Positions 60,183 to 64,000 of a DNA stretch of 64,000 nucleotides are shown piece after piece. The stretch is from contig CM097883.1 in NCBI GenBank assembly GCA_044892505.1, forward strand, positions 276,644,001-276,708,000. Reading direction: 5' to 3'. Each line of letters begins with the position of its first letter. The first letter of the stretch is position 1. The translations under genes and the position numbers were made by a program. Source of the DNA: Schmidtea nova. Its lineage: Eukaryota. The notes under the pieces are model-generated. The model was not told the DNA's origin, did not search any database, and saw only the letters and a list, made by a program, of their open reading frames with translations.

Positions 60183-60324
60183 TATTATTATCAATAATTC
60201 TCATAATGACTATAGATCAAATTTTTTTTTTAAACAATAACACAATATTTCGGCCGAATATTGTGTTATTGTTTATAAAAAAAAATTTGATCTATAGTCA
60301 TTATGAGAATTATTGATAATAATA
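60183..60324. repeat. Near-perfect ~140-bp palindrome
   Basis: Arms ATTATCAATAATTCTCATAATGACTATAGATCAAAT...AAACAATAACACAATATT around the self-complementary centre TCGGCCGA. Confidence 0.93.
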
Positions 60325-60334
60325 AAAAATAATA

Positions 60335-60396
<62 letters not shown>

Positions 60397-60515
60397 TGTA
60401 GTGCCTTAGATTAAATTTTCAATTTTATAAATTAATTAATTATTAAATGGAGTAAAATAGATGTTGTTTTAATATTTACATATTTTCACTTTCATGCTAA
60501 TCAAAAAAAAACAAA

Positions 60516-61739
60516 ATGCAAGCTGTTAACAATGATTCGATATTCCCATTCACCCAAGACATTCACAGTGACTCGTTTTCATCAAATGACAACAATTATC
60601 AGTTCTACTCTAGTGGAGATGGTGTAGTCAATATTCAAAGAAGAAACAATTGCCTGTTCCGTAGATTGCAGAAATGTTTCGCTGCTGAAATGCGTAAAGA
60701 AGCCGTACAAACTGGAACATGCCTGTCAACAACTGGATCAATATTAATCTACTATCCAGACAAATCTGAAATCACTAACTCAAAAAATCTACAAATCAAT
60801 ACATTGGATCACAATCAATCTCGATTAAACGATTATTCGCCAGCACCAGAAATCAATCAATACGGACTGTCATGGAGCTCGCTCATTTCAACTCTTGTTA
60901 TCATCGGTCAAGATTTCCGGTTGCCAAAAACCGACTTATCAATTAGCGATCAATTTCTATTAATAAAAACTTATTTGCTTTTATTATTCCTACGATTGGT
61001 GTCAGAAGTGACAAAAGTAAGCTTTTTGAATTTATTATGTAAATATTTAAATTCGTTTAATTGCTCCATTTATATTAATAATAATTTTAATAATATATTC
61101 AATAAAAATTTTAATAATTATTTTAATAATAATTTTCATACTCCGATAACCAAAACTACAACAGTTTCCTCTACGTGTTCACAACCATTTACCCTTCATG
61201 ACGGCTTACTCAACATCACTGTACGCCACAAAAATATTATTCACTCAATTAAAATACCACGACAAACTTTTTTAACGATATTAAACGTTTTTTTAATAGA
61301 ACACAACGACTTCTTTATTTTAAATAACAGAGTTCCCATCACAGATCCTCTTTCAGTCCCAACAAACGCAATAATAACACTCTTCATGCGGGCAAGAGGC
61401 GGTGCCAAAACTTACAATGACCATAACCCTCCCACGTCCATAGGTCACACTCAACTGATATTTTTAGACGCAGACGGCACACTATCATCTTGGTTCCGAA
61501 TTTTTGAATCGCGCACTAGAGCCAATCCCAAGTCTAGGCAAGATCTTCTGCTGGATGCAATACCCGACGAGTTAATGTCAGAATTAGGCTCACAAATAGC
61601 TGACGCATTAAACTCAGAAACCCCTTATGAATCAATCAAAGCGGTCATAGAAAAAAAATATTCACCCACGCGCACTTCAGCGATCGAAAAGTTATCAAAA
61701 CCCACCCTATACGCCGGTCAACCCCCATCATCCTTTTGA
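60516..61739 (+). CDS. 407-aa ORF: unknown leader, ubiquitin-like domain (61209-61403, ends RGG), N-terminal Gag
   Basis: ORF track; LNITVRHK...ITLFMRARGG followed by the Gypsy Gag-like SWFRIFESR...YESIKAVIEKKYSP...PPSSF*. Confidence 0.55.
   Translation: MQAVNNDSIFPFTQDIHSDSFSSNDNNYQFYSSGDGVVNIQRRNNCLFRRLQKCFAAEMRKEAVQTGTCLSTTGSILIYYPDKSEITNSKNLQINTLDHNQSRLNDYSPAPEINQYGLSWSSLISTLVIIGQDFRLPKTDLSISDQFLLIKTYLLLLFLRLVSEVTKVSFLNLLCKYLNSFNCSIYINNNFNNIFNKNFNNYFNNNFHTPITKTTTVSSTCSQPFTLHDGLLNITVRHKNIIHSIKIPRQTFLTILNVFLIEHNDFFILNNRVPITDPLSVPTNAIITLFMRARGGAKTYNDHNPPTSIGHTQLIFLDADGTLSSWFRIFESRTRANPKSRQDLLLDAIPDELMSELGSQIADALNSETPYESIKAVIEKKYSPTRTSAIEKLSKPTLYAGQPPSSF
60997..61010 (+). promoter_or_regulatory. 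Primer-binding site (tRNA-Leu type)
   Basis: TGGTGTCAGAAGTG is a common tRNA-Leu PBS of animal Gypsy elements. Confidence 0.75.
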
Positions 61740-62287
61740 TCGCAACTAGTACGCGAACTTAAGGCCGCCCACACCGGTTTATCAAAAAACACTGCTCTCC
61801 TATGCCATCAATTTTAACCAGCTCTTCCACATCACATCTAGACCTCACTCCTCGTCGTCGATTCCGATGATCCTTTTCACCTTGCAAAGATTGCTGATAA
61901 GTTGGTTACTCGACGCCCCATCCGAAACGCACCAACTACCATCGCATCAGTTTCCGACCCTTCATTACAGGAACAGATATCTTCTCTGACAAATACAGTC
62001 GACGCGATACTCAACTCCTCTCAGCTAACTACACACACCCAAAGAAACGTTAAACCGAATTCTTTTCCCCCTCTGACTTGTTTTTTTCACAAGAAATTCT
62101 CATCTGACGCAAGAACATGTTATATAGGATGTTCATGGCCAAACCCTCCTTCCACTTTGAGGATCATTCCTATTTGCATCTATCACAACATCTTCGGTAT
62201 ACACGCACAAAAATACCTTTCAGGTTGCACTTTTGTAAACCGTTCCTCAAATAAATCATACGACAAAATTAATTTCAATTCTCCCAA

Positions 62288-62333
62288 AAAAAACTAGCGC
62301 CGCTGTCTGTCAACCCTGGATTTTCAGGCAGCG
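62288..62333 (+). promoter_or_regulatory. -1 ribosomal frameshift cassette (gag to pol)
   Basis: A-AAA-AAC slippery heptamer before TAG, 6-nt spacer, stem CGCTGTCTG/CAGGCAGCG. Confidence 0.8.
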
Positions 62334-64000
62334 TCCTTGCGATCAACAATATCTTCACTGTTGAAGCAGACTTCGACTCCAGCTTATCAATTCATTTTCT
62401 CATAGATTCGGGCTCGTCATTTTCAATCATTCCAACAACTTTCACACCAGACTTCAAATCTTCGTTCACTGTCTTGGCTGCTAACAGCACACCGATCCAA
62501 TTTTTGGGAACAAAAAAACTTTCATTCACAATACCAACTTTAAACTCAACTTTCACTCACACATTCCACATAGCAGACACGATCCACCCAATATTAGGCT
62601 CCGATTTTTTAAGCAACGAATCCATCATGGTAGATTGCAAAAATCGTAAGTTGTTCACTGTAAAACACGACATTGCCAATATACCGACAATTTCATCGTC
62701 AAATGTAACATCAATTTCAGCGCAGACATCTACACCGACACAACTCAACTCGATTCATCAAGATTCCACGATGGAAAACGATAAAAACACGTTGGACATC
62801 GACCAATCAGCCAATCTAGATACGATCGATGACATGATCAAATTAATTTCTATCAAATATCCAAACCTCATCACTAAATCCGATACCATACCACCCACTA
62901 CCCTATCGACTCACTATATTCACACATTACCATGCATACCACAACACAATCGAGCCAGACCTCTCTCTTCCACGAAACTCGACGCAGTCAAAGCTGAATT
63001 TGTTAGTCTAGAAAACGCAGGCAATATACGTCGTTCATCTTCACCATGGGCTTCGCCAATACACGTAGTAACAAAAAAAGACGGGTCATTCAGACCCTGT
63101 GGAGATTATCGACAGCTCAACCAAGTAACAGTCCACGACGCCTACCCAATGCCCCTCATTAAAGATTTAATAATACGCTTTTCACAATCTACAGTGTTCT
63201 CAACTATAGACCTCTCGAAAGCATACCACCAATTTCCCATCCATACGGACGACGTCCCCAAAACGGCTGTCACTACACCATTTGGGAATTTTGAATACAT
63301 GTTAATGCCTTTTGGTCTTAGAAACGCAGCTCAGTCCTTACAGCGTTTCATGGACACAATTTTTCGCGATGTCCCTCACACTTTCGCATACCTTGACGAA
63401 ATCATCGTAGCGCCCCCGGATCGAGACAGCCACAAAAACGATTTACACACGGTCCTTGATATATTGAACCGTCACAACTTACAGATAAACGTAAACAAAT
63501 GTAGCTTGTTTCAAGAACGCGTCAGATTCCTTGGCCATATACTTTCATCTACTGGTTGTGAACCTTTCCCCGAAAGACTTGACGTAATCCGCAGCTTTCC
63601 CCTGCCAACCACCGTGACACAACTACGTAGCTTTTTAGGCATCGTCAACTTCTGCCATAGATTCATTAAAAACGCATCTCACATAACAGCACCTCTTTCA
63701 GCACTGAACACAGGAAAAAAGAATTCCGTCATCAATTGGTCCGGCACAACACGCGACTCATTCAACAAAGTCAAAGACGCTCTAACCAAAATTACCACTC
63801 TTCACTACCCATGTCACGACCTCCCATTCACCCTGACAACTGACGCATCAAATATTGCTGCAGGCGCAGTCCTTCACCAAATTAAGGATAAAATCTCACA
63901 ACCAATAGAATTTTTTTCGAGAAAATTTTCATTAGCAGAGTCAAAGTACAGCGCGTTTGACAGAGAATTACTTGCCATTTTTCTAGCAGTCAAACATTTA
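62291..64000 (+). CDS. pol: Pol (PR-RT-RNaseH), open to window edge; RT motif reads YLDE
   Basis: Manual translation: FLIDSGSS, SPWASP...GDYRQLN, MPFGLRNAAQ, AYLDEII, LTTDAS, FDRELLAIF. Confidence 0.88.

Larger units (their letters stand above)
60397..64000 (+). mobile_element. Ty3/Gypsy LTR retrotransposon, defective, 3' end beyond the window
   Basis: PBS TGGTGTCAGAAGTG at 60997 after AATAAA...CTACGA; LTR start is TGTAG at either 60397 or 60623; gag with in-frame stops; pol PR-RT-RNaseH. Confidence 0.85.

Overview
AT-rich animal (invertebrate-like) genomic DNA with two assembly gaps. There is one host gene, an ICA69/ICA1 (Arfaptin-homology/BAR) orthologue on the + strand at 23540-51008. It can be modelled as 13 coding exons, with tiny introns (43-57 nt) alternating with multi-kb transposon-filled introns. 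The rest is mostly transposable elements: three Ty3/Gypsy LTR retrotransposons, hAT, pogo/Tigger, mariner, Merlin, MULE-like and piggyBac-like elements, and satellites. The stand-out is the >13 kb Gypsy element on the - strand (1-13358, 3' end outside the window). Its single 3429-aa ORF reads Gag (4 CCHC knuckles), tandem repeats, two ubiquitin-like modules, an AT-hook, a complete chuvirus-like fusion glycoprotein, and only then PR-RT-RNaseH-IN, followed by a signal-like segment and an FN3/WSxWS-like ectodomain. That ectodomain's transmembrane anchor lies in the -1 frame. After a UGA-CAA-UUA stop, the same frame continues into a >630-aa ORF that the ORF track missed, carrying a catalytically degenerate REXO4/ISG20-like exonuclease domain. 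A second highlight is a ubiquitin-like domain ending in RGG fused directly to Gag in the Gypsy element at the right edge. All domain calls come from manual translation and motif recognition, not database searches.
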